Position numbers and translations under genes: made by a program | Notes under the pieces: model-generated | The model's database searches: none | What the model was told of the DNA's origin: nothing | What the model saw: the letters and a program-made list of their open reading frames with translations, nothing else | In this document: piece after piece, positions 12,553 to 24,849 of the stretch | Numbering within the stretch: position 1 is the stretch's first letter | Layout of the letters: every line of letters begins with the position of its first letter | Source: an uncultured Bacillota bacterium | GTDB taxonomy: Bacteria; Bacillota; DTU025; MWDF01 | Assembly: GCA_963823655.1 (NCBI GenBank) | Contig: CAWGMK010000010.1 | Location: forward strand, 96,001-160,000 | Reading direction: 5' to 3' | DNA length: 64,000 nucleotides

Positions 12553-12887
12553 CCCGGACGAGCCGGAGCAGGCCGGGGCAGGGCCGGTCGTGACGCCGGT
12601 CCCCGTCCTTGACGCGGAGGGTGCGCGAGCGGTCCTGCGGGCGGCGCGGCGGATCGCGGTCGTGGGCGCCTCGCCCTACCCGTGGCGCGCTTCCAACGTC
12701 GTCATGGCGTACCTGCTCGAGCAGGACTACGAGTGCGTGCCCGTCAACCCAGAGGCTGCCAGCGTCCTGGGCCAACCCTGCTTCCCGACGCTGGAGGCGG
12801 CGGTCGCGGCCGGCGACGGTCGCCCCTTCGACATCGTGGACGTCTTTCGCCGGGCCGAGCACGCACCGGATATCGCTCGCTCGGCGG
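12542..12887 (+). pseudogene. CoA-binding protein (YccU-like), C-terminally truncated
   Basis: IAVVGAS..RASNVVMAYL..PVNP..DIVDVFRR; stops before the expected W[LM]QxG segment. Confidence 0.75.
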
Positions 12888-13498
12888 GCGTTGACGATGG
12901 CGGCGCCGGCCACGGTGGAGGTGGGTGCGACGCGCGTCGCGAAGCCATCCACCTCGACGGCGGCATCGCCCACGGCGCCGCCGTTGTCGATGGCCACGTC
13001 CACGAGCTCGTGGAGCCCGGCGGCCCCGGGTCCCGCGCCGAGCCGGACGACGCGTGGCGCAGGCTGGTGATGGCGATGGTCCGCACCCCGGCCTCGCTCG
13101 CCGCGCGCGCCATCTCGCGGCTGACCGCGTTGCTGCCCGAGTTGGACGCGATGAGCAGCACATCACCGGGCGCCATGGCGTGGTCCGCGGCCAGCGCAGC
13201 GGCGAGCCCGGGCAGCCGCTCCAGGGCCGTGCTGAGCGCCGTGCTCCCGTGAAGCGTCAGGCCCTCGAACAGGATGGCCGGACCCGGACCAGGCCGCCGG
13301 CGCGGTGGAACAGCTCCTCCCGCGATGATGGCGAGTGCCCGAACCGAAGCTGTGGATGGTCCCGCCGGCGGCGAGCGCATCGGCCATCAGCGAAGCCGCC
13401 GCGTCAATTCGCGGCCACTCCTCGGTGCCGAGGCGGGCGACGAGCTCCTCCGCGATCCGGAGGTAGCGCTGGCCGGCGGACGCACGCTCGCTCGTCAT
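12888..13498 (-). pseudogene. SIS (sugar isomerase) domain protein, frameshifted and C-terminally truncated
   Basis: IHSFGSG, SNSGSNAVSREMA, IAITS, AIDNGGAVGDA, STVAGAAIVNA; runs into the opposite-strand gene. Confidence 0.8.
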
Positions 13499-16400
13499 AA
13501 TACGGGTAATGTGGCCCTAGATATTACACTGTCTGATGCCCTTGATGGCATGACGCCCATTAATCCGCTTCCTATAATCCTGACAATTGGTCCTAGCGGA
13601 AATTCCTTGGATATAATCAATATCACCTATTCCAGGCCATGGTCTCCAGGTCAGCATCACAACATCGCGACAGTGACTACTCAATACGCGGGGGCGACTG
13701 CTCAAGACGATGCCTACTATTTCGGCATCATGCCCACCATTGAGATTGTCAAGGACGGCGCGTGGGTAGATGGCAATGCAGATGGACACCCTGATGCGGG
13801 AGAGCTCATAAACTATACATTTACCCTCTCCAACACAAGCAATGTTGATCTGCACATTGTTACAGTAACCGATCCACTGTTAACTGTTCATGGCGGTCCT
13901 ATCACGCTACATATGGGAGAAACGAACTCGACAACATTCACCGGTTCGTATGTGATAACCCAGGCGGACATTGAAGCAGGCTTCGTTTACAACATAGCGA
14001 CAGCGGATTCAGTTGAATCTCCTCCGGCTACCAGCGAAAAGACAGTCTTGCTGCCGCAGTATCCAGCGCTGTCGATTATAAAGAACGGCTTCTGGATCGA
14101 TGACAACGATGATGGAAACGCTGATCCGGGTGATCTGCTCAACTACTTCTTCACCGTAACTAACATAGGGAACGTTGCGCTCCACAATGTTGTGGTCACA
14201 GATCCTAAGGTGGTAGAAGTGGGCGGGCCTACGACACTGGATGTCGGCGAGGCGGACTCGACCACATTCATGGGCTCGTATGCGATAACCCAAGCCGACA
14301 TCGATGCCGGTTTCGTGTACAACATCGCCACCGCTGACTCCACTGAATCGCCTGCTGCCACCGGCGAAGAGACGGTCGCGCTACCTCAATACCCTCTGCT
14401 TTCGATAGTGAAGAACGGAGTTTGGGTGGATGGCGACGCGAACGGAAAAGCTGACCCAGGAGAGCTCGTCAATTACACCTTCACGGTAACTAACGTAGGC
14501 AATCTAACACTCCACAATGTGACGGTTACGGATCCTAAGATCACAGAGGTGGGTGGGCCTACGACTCTGGATGTCGGTGAGGTTGACTCAACCACGTTTA
14601 CCGGTTCGTATTCGATAACCCAGGCGGATATAGACGCCGGCTTCGTATACAACATCGCAACTGCAGACTCAACTGAGTCACCTGCAGCCACAGGTGAAAA
14701 GACTGTCATGTTGCCACAAAATCCGCTGCTTTCGATAGTGAAGAATGGCGCTTGGGCAGACGGCAACGCAGACGGCAACGCAGACCCGGGAGAGCTCATC
14801 AACTATACATTTGTAGTCACAAACCTCGGGAATGTGACGCTTCATAATGTTACAGTCACAGATCCCAAGATTATTGAAGTGGGCGGGCCGACCATCCTGG
14901 CAGTCGGCGAGGCAGACTCGAGCACATTCTCCGGCTCATATGCAATCACCCAGGAGGATATAGACGCCGGCATCGTCTACAACATCGCCACAGCGGACTC
15001 TACTGAATCGGGTGCCGCCAATGGCGAGAAGACCGTAACGTTGCCACAATACCCGCTGCTTTCGATAGTGAAGAACGGCACCTGGGTTGATGGCAACGCT
15101 GATGGCAATGCCGATCCCGGAGAGCTGATCAACTACACCTTCACGTTAACGAACACCGGTAATGTGACGCTTCATAATGTGACCGTTACGGATATAAGGA
15201 TTACGGAACTGGGCGGGCCTACGACCCTGGATGTCGGAGAGGTTGATTTCGACCACATTTACTGGTTCGTATGCAATAACCCAGGCGGACATCAACGCCG
15301 GCTTCGTATACAACATCGCCACCGCTGACTCCACTGAGTCGCCTGCCGCTACCGGCGAAAAGACAGTCGCACTGCCTCAATACCCACTGCTATCGATAGT
15401 GAAGAACGGAACTTGGGTGGATGGCGACGCGAACGGCAATGCAGACCCAGGAGAGCTCATCAACTACACATTCATAGTCACCAATCTCGGGAATGTAACT
15501 CTTCACAATGTAACTGTCACGGATCCGAAGATCGTAGAAGTGGGCGGGCCTACGACACTGGATGTCGGCGAGGCTGACTCGACCACATTCACAGGCTCGT
15601 ATGCGATAACCCAGGCGGACATCGACGCCGGCTTCGTGCACAACATCGCAACAGCTGACTCCACTGAGTCGCCTGCTGCTACCGGCGAGAAGACGGTCAC
15701 GCTGCCTCAGTACCCAAGGCTTTCAATAGTGAAGAATGGCGCTTGGGTTGATGGCAACGCTGACGGCAATGCCGACCCCGGTGAGCTCATCAATTACACC
15801 TTCACGGTAACGAACATAGGAAACGTGACGCTCCACAATGTAACTGTCACGGATCCTAAGATCACTGAAGTGGGCGGGCCTACGACCCTGGATGTCGGCG
15901 AGGCTGACTCGACCACATTTACAGGTTCGAATGCGATAACCCAGGCGGACATCGACGCCGGTTTCGTTTACAACATCGCAACAGCGGACTCCACTGAGTC
16001 GCCTGCTGCTACCGGCGAGAAGACCGTCACGCTGCCGCAATCACCAGCCCTGACTTTATTGAAGAATGGTGCTTGGGTTGATGGCAACGCGGACGGCAAC
16101 GCTGATCCTGGAGAGCTGATCAATTACACCTTCACGGTAACGAACATAGGAAATGTGACACTTCACAACGTGACCGTCACAGATCCTAAGATCGTTGAAG
16201 TGGGAGGGCCTACTACACTGGATGTCGGCGAGGCAGACTCGACCACATTTACAGGCTCATATGCGATAACCCAAGCAGACATAGACGCGGGCTTCGTCTA
16301 CAACAACGCTGTAGCCGATTCGAACGAATTCGAATTCCACGAATGGAAATAAGACCGTAACGCTGCCACAGTACCCGCTGCTTTCGATAGTGAAGAACGG

Positions 16401-19400
16401 CGCTTGGGTTGATGGCAACGCGGATGGCAACGCAGACCCCGGAGAGCTCATCAACTATACATTCATAGTCACGAACCTCGGGAATGTGACGCTTCATAAT
16501 GTGACAGTCACAGATCCTAAGATTGTAGAAGTGGGCGGGCCTACGACCCTGGATGTTGGCGAGGCAGACAATCGCCACATTCACAGGTTCGTATGCGATA
16601 ACCCAGGCGGACATCGACGCCGGCTTCGTATACAATATCGCAACAGCTGACTCCACTGAGTCGCCTGCTGCTACGGCGAGAAGACCGTCACGCTGCCTCA
16701 GTACCCAAGGCTTTCAATAGTGAAGAATGGCGCTTGGGCTGACGGCAACGCTGACGGCAATGCGGACCCCGGTGAGTTAATCAATTACACCTTCACAGTA
16801 ACGAACATAGGAAACGTGACGCTTCACAATGTAACAGTCACAGATCCTAAGATCGTTGAAGTGGGCGGGCCTACGACCTTGGATGTCGGCGAGGCAGACT
16901 CTAGCACATTTACCGGTTCATATGCGATAACCCAGGCAGACATCGACGCAGGCTTCGTATACAATATCGCAACAGCTGACTCGACTGAGTCGCCTGCCGC
17001 CAATGGCGAGAAGTACGTCACACTGCCGCAGTACCCGCTGCTTTCTATAGTGAAGGACGGAGCTTGGGTTGATGGCAACGCAGACGGCAATGCAGACCCA
17101 GGAGAACTTATTAATTACACCTTCGTAGTAACGAATGAGGGGAATGTGACACTTCACAATGTGAGAGTCACAGATGCAAAAATTGTGGAAGTGGGAGGGC
17201 CTATCACTCTGGATGTCGGCGAGTCTGACTCGAGCACATTCACCGGTTCGTATTCGATAACCCAGGCGGACATAGACGCGGGCATGGTATTTAACAGGGC
17301 AACAGCTGATTTGGACGAGTCGCATTCCACAAATAGCGAGATTACAATCCCGTTGCCGCAGTACCCGCACATGAGCATTAACAAGACCGCACTTGAGACA
17401 TCAGTCAGCACGCCTGGTTTGATCCACTACAATGTGGTTCTTACAAATGACGGCAATATCACCCTAAATGGAATTACGCTTGCCGATACCCTAGTTGCTA
17501 ATCCCGGGGCGAAAGTTGAATTGCAGACGGCCAACGATCAGCTAAACGTTGGCGAGACGTGGACCTGGACATATACATACTTTGTCAATCAGGCCGCAAT
17601 CAACCTGGGGGACAGCATAGTAAACACGGCGACGGCCAGCTACTATTTCCAGCAGCTGGAGCCCGTTAGCGACAGCGTAACGGTAAGCATAATCCAAAAC
17701 CCCGCATGGAGCCTTGATAAGACCGTGCTGGAGACCGAAATAAGCTCTCCGGGTGATTTGCATTACACAGTAGTGCTAAGTAACGACGGGAATGTCGACC
17801 TTACCGGTATAGTCCTGGTGGATACGCTGGTCGCAAATCCAGGAGCACCCGTAGAATTGCTATCAAGCAACGGCATCTTGAATGTAGGGGAGACATGGAC
17901 CTGGTCCTATACCTATTACGTAGACCAGGCGGCTATAAACCTCGGACAGTCTATCACCAACGGGGCAAGCGCAACATGTGCACAGTTGCAAACGCTTCCC
18001 GCAGGGGATGAGATTGCAGTGACCATTCTGCAAAACCCCGCATGGAGCATCGATAAGACGGCATCCGAGGAAACGGTGGGCGCACCAGGCGATTTGCACT
18101 ACACGGTCGTTCTAAGCAACGACGGAAATATCGACCTGACGGGGATAACCCTGGTTGACACATTGGTGCCTGATCCGGGCCTGCCTGTAGAATCGCTTTC
18201 AAGCAACGGCATCCTGAATGTGGGCGAGACGTGGACCTGGAGCTACATTTACACCGTAGGCTGGGATGCTCTCTACCTCGGTGACGATGTAGAAAACACA
18301 GCGACCGCAAACAGCGACCAGCTGGAAGGCTATCCTGTCTCAAGCGGGTTCTCCGTGGTAGTAATCCAGGATCCGAACTGGCAGCCGGGACTTGAGATCA
18401 CAAAAGAAGCAACCCCCGGCTCCGCAGCAGTGGGCGACATAGTCACATACCGGGTCAGCATCTTTAACGACAGCGAATTGCCCTCACCTATGACTGCTTA
18501 CGATGTAGTCCTGGTAGACGACCTGCCAGACGGCTTCAGTTATATTGCAGGCACATCACACCTGGATGGGGTGCTTATCGCCGACCCGATAGTGTCGGGT
18601 TCAGAGGTATCGTGGCCCATAGGGGACATAGAGATGGAAGAGGGCCACGTACTGACCTATAAAGTTGGAATAGGCGCTGGAGCGCTCAATGGGGATGGCA
18701 TCAACTACGTAACCGCAATCGGTATTGGCGAAGCCAGCTTCCCGTTCGAGATAGGTCCCGCCTCAGCTCAAGTAATAATAACCGGACCCGCGTTCTCATC
18801 GCATGGGGCCATCTTAGGCAAGGTGTTCCATGATAAGGATGCGGACGGTATGCAGGACAAGGACGAACCGGGCATTGCAAACGCCGAAGTGATCATGGAC
18901 GATGGCATGAGCGCTCGCACCGATGAAGAGGGCCAGTACCATATCGGCCAGGTTAAGCCCGGAGTGCGTTCCATTAAGCTCAATCTGGGATCCCTGCCGG
19001 CAGGGTCGACGCTCACAAACAGCTTCAAGGATGTAACGGGCATATCGGCATCGTTCTTCGTAGATGTGCTGCCATCAGGAGTGGCAAGGGCCGACTTCGC
19101 AGTAGGCATGCCCAGTCAGGCGAAGGAGCCTGTAGGAAGGCCGGGTGGCTCAGAGCCGCTAATCATAACAGGGACAATCGAGCTTACCCACAACGTGAGC
19201 GGTTTCGACGGCTCCTATATAAGGGCCAGGGCGTTCCTGATGAAGAGGTTCGAGGGAGGCTCCCTGGTGCTTAGGTACGATATGCAGCAGGGCATTGCGG
19301 ACGGATTGTATTCGGACGCGTCGGATGATCCGATGTACAGCCTGTACGGCGATGGCTCGGGCACAACGAACCTCGCCCCGTCATCAAGCCCGTTCTATGC

Positions 19401-21444
19401 GAAGCTTGATTCGAAGTACTTCGACATCGCATGGAGCGACTTCCAGCCCGCGTTCGAGTCGGTCGAGCTGGCAAGCTTCATGACCAAGATGACGGGAGGC
19501 CAGGCTTCAATAAAAGTAGGAGGCTTCTCGCTAGAAGGCTTCGTAGCCCCCACAAGGGCAGGCATGCAGACCGACAGGATAGCAGGAAACGGCACCTCGG
19601 GATACTTCTTCCTGGATGACTACCCTGTAGTAACGGGCAGCGAGACAATCTACGTAATCCGTACGAGGTTCTACGATGAAAGCATAATACTCGACAGGAA
19701 GCTTCTCATTCGCAACCTGGACTACAAGATCGATTACTCGACAGGCTCCATACTGCTCACAGACGCCATGCCGTCATACGATGAGGAGGGCAACAAGTAC
19801 TTCCTCGAAGTGACATACTCGATTACGGGCGGCGATTACGACGGGCTTGCGGCAGGCATCAGGGCGCATGCGGACTTTGGGGCCTTCGACCTTGGGGCGA
19901 CTACCGCGATAAGCAACAAGAGCGGTGGAGTCAGTACGGTAGTAGGGGCGGATATGGGCCTCGACTTCGGCGAGGCGTTCACCTTCGACGCAGAAGGCGC
20001 AGTATCCTTCGCCTCAGGGATATATGGAGGATATGCCGTAAAGGCAGGCGCCGCATCCAGGATAGGCAAGGTCGAACTGAGAGTAGAAGCAGGAGCGAGC
20101 GACGGAGGCTTCGTAAAGCCGGGTGAGACGGCCACAATGCCAAGGCAGATCACTCTGTACGGCTCGGCCGGAATTGATCCTGCTGAAGCGCTCATACTGT
20201 CGCTTACCAGCAATAATGCCTGGAAGGGTCTGGACTACAGCTTCAGCAGCGAAAACAAGCTGACAGCTGGATACAAGCTGCCTTTGAAGTTCGGCGTGGC
20301 GCTAGGCATGATCACCTCATTCACCTATACAGAGACGCCTGACACGAAGGGTGCGATATTCGACGCATTCGCTGAGATAACACCAATTCCTCAGCTGGTC
20401 ATCAAGGCATTTGCGCAGATAGCCAAGGTCGGGGAGCCCATCGACACTGACGGAGACTACAGCCTGTCGATCTCATACAAACCCGATTCGAAGCTTGCAG
20501 TGACCCTGGCTTATTTGACCGGCGTAAATGGTGTCGAGAGATATCATACGATCTCACTTGCCGCAGACCTTGCAGTAACTGAGAAGGGCCGCATCTACGG
20601 CAGACTTAGCCTGCCGTTCGGCTCCAGGGCTGCCAACGTCCTGAGCCTGGGCTACAACGACTCCTATCAGCTAATAAAAGGGCTTGTAGCAACGTTCTCG
20701 ATGGAAGGCTCGCTCAGCCTTGGCGGACCCGAGATCATAGTGCCAGACTCAGCGAAGGTTGCAGCCTCCGCATCCTTGGAGTATGTCGCCAAGTCCGGCT
20801 TCAGGGCATACCTCAAGCAGGAGATAACCTACGGCAGCGCAGGGCTGACATCGTTGACATTGCTCAATCTGAACGGCAAGGCTACGAATTGGCTGAGCAT
20901 AGAAGGAAGCGCTGCGGCATACTACGGCAACTCGCCAACCAGGGAGGGGCTGCCGCTTACCGCGGAAGCAGGGCTGTCGCTTGCGATAAGGCCCGAGAAC
21001 ACGGTCATAACGGGCCTGTTCAAGGCAAACACCAAGTACTTCGCAGGCGAGGTGTTCGAGGAACCCGTGATGGCCCTGGTTACGACAGCGACTACAGACT
21101 GGACCCTCGAAGCCGGAAGATACCTGTCGGTTACTGCGAAGGCGGGCTACAAGCTGGCAGCGGAGGGTGCGATCGGTGAATCGTTGGCGCTAAATCACAT
21201 CATATTGCTGCAATCCGGAGCTTCGCTGCACATAACAAGGACGACTGATGTGGAAGCCTTCATAAGGACGATCGGATGGACCGGCAACTGGAAGCTGGGC
21301 TACAGCGTCCAGGTTGTACAGAAGATATTCAACCTGTTCAGTGTCGCGATAGGATACAATTCACAGGATCTGTCCGACACCGATATAGTAGATCAGAAAC
21401 CTTGGTCCGAAGGGTTCTACATCAAGGCCATGTTCAAGTTCTAG
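13499..21444 (+). CDS. Giant DUF11/DUF7507-repeat surface protein with SdrD-B-like domain and predicted C-terminal outer-membrane beta-barrel; 5' end missing, frameshifts in the repeats
   Basis: ORFs 13274-15328 (from 13499), 15231-16352, 16390-16650 and 16720-21444 carry the same repeats; ILGKVFHDKDADGMQDKDEPGI; C-terminal ~760 aa of amphipathic strands ending GFYIKAMFKF. Confidence 0.85.
13735..17370 (+). repeat. 11 tandem 330-bp (110-aa) repeats with synonymous divergence
   Basis: K[ND]GxW starts at ~13751, 14081, 14411, 14741, 15071, 15402, 15732, 16062, 16393, 16723, 17053. Confidence 0.92.
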
Positions 21445-21460
21445 CAGGTCTCGAAATATG

Positions 21461-21502
21461 GATGAGGGCCGCCCTGGTTTTAAGCCAGGGCGGCTTCCTC
21501 AT
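21461..21502 (+). terminator. Stem-loop terminator after the giant surface protein gene
   Basis: gccgccctgg-ttttaag-ccagggcggc flanked by atgagg/cctcat. Confidence 0.7.
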
Positions 21503-21872
21503 GATGTTACCGATTCCGTTGCTCTAAAAGGCTTTCCCATCGTATAGGAGGACATATTAGTCCGCGCCACGGGAAGAGATGACGAAATTACCTCAAATGT
21601 GGGGAAAGCCGCTCTACGCTATCAATTGTACCCGCATAAGTCCAGATCAACGCAAATGCCTTCCCTTTCCATTTATGGGTTTCTGTTTTCCCGAAAACAT
21701 CATAATTCGTCGTCGTATGGCAGATGAAATGCTTTGATAATCGTATTGTTCGAGAAGATGTATCTAGATTAATACAAAGCATAAGGCTAGTTATCGCCCT
21801 TATTGATGAGAGAGTATAATCGATGATAGTTAATAGTATTTTATTTAATACAATTATCCGGAGGTCCCATAT

Positions 21873-23689
21873 TTGAAGGTTGCTGGCAATAAGGCGCTGT
21901 TGATCATTTCCATTGTCGCTGTCCTAACAATCTTTGCGGCCCCTGCATCTGCGGCGTGGCCTCTCCAGGCGGAATGGATACCAGCTCTCGGTCCTAATTG
22001 GACCAATATAACGGACCCCTCCGACCAGCAGTCGGCGTACCTGGACTGCGTGGTTGATACGATGCAGCCTTTAAGCAGGCAAGCGGCGTCTTATTGGTTT
22101 TTCGACGGGATCTATATGTACTTCCGGATGATACTGGACGGAGATCCGCTCAGGTATCAGGGCATCACAGCCGCTGGAATGAAGCCCTTCGGGTGGGCGG
22201 TCCTTATAGAGAGCACAGGCGATATGTATCCTGATTATGCCATAGGGATCAACGGAACCGGATCTTCCGATACCATAAGTTCAATGTACAATATCACTCA
22301 GGACTTCACCATGGACGGGGCGACAGGCTGGACGCAGTCTGCCACAACCCCGGTTTTAAACGGTGGCTTCTGGTATCTTCTGAACGGCATGGTCAGAAGC
22401 GGAGTATCCGGCGGGAACACAAACGGCACCCCCGATTATTACTTGGACATCATGGTTCCCCTGACATGGCTGTCAAGGATGGCCAATACCACGCCTCCTG
22501 CTGCTGTTACATCGAGCACTCCCATAAAAATTGCCTTTGGAACGGATGCCAGCGGACAGAATATCGGCAAGGACCTAGTCGGCCAGTCAAGCCTAATAGA
22601 TATTGGCAGCTATTTCACTAGCGTCGCCTCCCGTGACTCCTGGCGGAGGATACGGGCTGCTTTACGATGGAAGGCACACAAGTACGGCAAACCACGGCAT
22701 TTGGTACAGAGGCGAAATGCTTACCGTATCAGGTTCCGGCTGGCCGGTTTCGACACAAATACCCCCATATACAGGCTATATTCAGGTCAGAATCGTAGGG
22801 CCTACCGGCATACAATACGATATCCCATCGCCTGGAGTGCCTACTACGACCGGTGGAGTAGTCATCCCTTCAGGGCATATGGACCATACCGTCCACTGCA
22901 CCTGCCGGGGTCTATTCAATCTATGTGATGCAGCCAAACAGCACCGTCTATATGTTGAAGGACACCTTTACTGTTGAAGTGGTGACCATTGACCTTTCTT
23001 CCAGCACCAAATCGGTCTCGCCTGCTTCAGGCGTGGCGTCTGACCAGCTTACATACACTATAGTGGTAACAAATACCGGAAGCAGCACGGCGACGGGCGT
23101 AGTGCTTACTGACGCCATACCGGCCTTAACTTCATATGTAGCGAATTCATCCACGATGAATGGCTCACCGCTTACTGATGTGGGAGGGGCTAGCCCGTTC
23201 ATAGGAGGCTATACGGTTTCGCCATTGGCTCCCAATGCATCTGCAACATTTACGTTCAGGGTGACCATAAGCCCGAGCGCCCCTGATCAGACGGTGATTA
23301 CCAACACAGCAAGCATTCGATGGAACAGCATGACGATTACAAAGACTGCGACAGCGCTCGTGAATGCGCCGCTGATGACGATAACAAAGAGCGTGAATCC
23401 GACGACGGGTGTGTTGCCGGGCGCAGTGCTTACTTACTCTGTCACATTCACCAATGTAGGGCACTCCAACGCCACAGCTATTGAGGTCATCGATAGCATC
23501 CCTTCGGATACGACATACGTACCCGGCAGCTACACTTCCAGCGCAGGAGGGACTTTCACGTTCCAACACGCTCTGGCAGGTGCTTTCGACGCTTCTGATA
23601 CATTGCCGGTCACTGCGATCAAGTATTCTATTACCCCCCTTGTGCCGGGGGCGTCGGTCACTTTCACTTTCCAGGTCACAGTAAAATAA
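21873..23689 (+). CDS. Secreted protein: unique N-terminal domain, one complete DUF11, one C-terminal incomplete DUF11 (putative tip adhesin); frameshifted
   Basis: GGAGG RBS, TTG start, signal peptide ..APASA; ORFs 21873-22928, 22603-22977, 22925-23689; ends TFTFQVTVK*. Confidence 0.8.
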
Positions 23690-23706
23690 CATCCTGATTT
23701 CTGGAG

Positions 23707-24828
23707 TTGATGCAATTGTTCGGGAAAAGTTCCGGTCTTAGAATATTTGTCTCAATGCTGTCATTTATTTGCCTGTTGGCCGCAGCATCGGGCGCTTCTC
23801 AGACTATGCCTGTGAAAGGCTTGTACCTGGGAACTTTCAATGTGCTTGAGGGCTGGGATGGTTTCGGCATCCTGTCCGCTGAGGAGCCTATCGCTAAGGC
23901 GTCCAAGAACATGCCAATTATGCAAATCCTGGATGCCGCAGGGAAGCTTGTTGAAACGGCACAATGGGACGGGAGCGGTCCAAAAGTGTCCGCTGACGGA
24001 AATGAGTGGACCATGAACCTGACCGCAAACATTGGCTTCAAGAAGCATTCTTTCGAGTTGAAGAGCTCATGGACAGACAAGACTAAGCTTAGTGCGGGAT
24101 TGATAAAGCTAACGGTTACGACGCTGGGAGAGCCGGCTGATGCGGCGAAATACTCGTACGTGCTGAGATTCCCGGGCTCAGGTTCGTGGGTATCAAAGGA
24201 TGGAAAAGCCGCGGCAGTAGCGTCTATTGAAGGCTTTAAGGACAACCTTGCTGCCTACATCGCCATTGCTCCGGCAGACAATTCATGCACATTCAAATCG
24301 AAGCAGATGTCAAAGAGCGATTCCGGCAAAGTCGACAGGAAGCTCTTCTACATTGAGGCATCATCCTCTCCCGCAAAACAGGGTGAGACGCCAAATCCAT
24401 TGATCATGGGCATCTATATGACGAGGGTAATGGCCTGGTCTTACGAGCCGGTCTTGGACCTTTCTTCTGCCATAAGCTCGGGAAAAGCCGAGCCAGATGT
24501 GAGGATATTCGGCACCGTGGACAAGCAGACTGCAAGTCCGGGGGAGAGCCTTAACTATACGTATTTCCTTCTTAACGCCGGAATGGATGAGGCGACGGAT
24601 TTAAGCGTCACCATCCCAATATCAGAGAAAACGGGGTTGATTATCAGCTCGATTTCCGGCAGCCCCGGCATAGCCAAGCTTCAGCCATCGGGAAAAGAAG
24701 TCGAAGTCGTACAGAATGGCCAGTTATCAGGCGAACCAGATATGGGCATCAAGTCTATCCAGTGGAGCCCCAAGGGGAATCTCCGCCCAGGGGAGACTAT
24801 CAGTATTTCATTCAGCATAGCAATTTAG
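23707..24828 (+). CDS. Secreted protein with C-terminal incomplete, degenerate DUF11 domain
   Basis: Signal peptide; VDKQTASPGESLNYTYFLLNAG..IQW..LRPGETISISFSIAI*. Confidence 0.8.
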   Translation: MMQLFGKSSGLRIFVSMLSFICLLAAASGASQTMPVKGLYLGTFNVLEGWDGFGILSAEEPIAKASKNMPIMQILDAAGKLVETAQWDGSGPKVSADGNEWTMNLTANIGFKKHSFELKSSWTDKTKLSAGLIKLTVTTLGEPADAAKYSYVLRFPGSGSWVSKDGKAAAVASIEGFKDNLAAYIAIAPADNSCTFKSKQMSKSDSGKVDRKLFYIEASSSPAKQGETPNPLIMGIYMTRVMAWSYEPVLDLSSAISSGKAEPDVRIFGTVDKQTASPGESLNYTYFLLNAGMDEATDLSVTIPISEKTGLIISSISGSPGIAKLQPSGKEVEVVQNGQLSGEPDMGIKSIQWSPKGNLRPGETISISFSIAI

Positions 24829-24849
24829 TCAATTAAGGGAGGTAATGTT

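Noticed and set aside
13274-15328. 684-aa ORF as a real fusion protein
   Set aside because: Its first ~75 codons are the antisense of the SIS gene; it is open only because it crosses the compositional junction.
1-21444. Functional link between the left adhesin and the right DUF11 cluster
   Set aside because: They lie on opposite sides of a probable chimeric junction, and I saw no shared nucleotide sequence.
21510-21870. Invertible or phase-variable promoter for the pilus operon
   Set aside because: AT-rich with a TATAAT at ~21815, but no flanking inverted repeats, simple-sequence tract or recombinase is visible.
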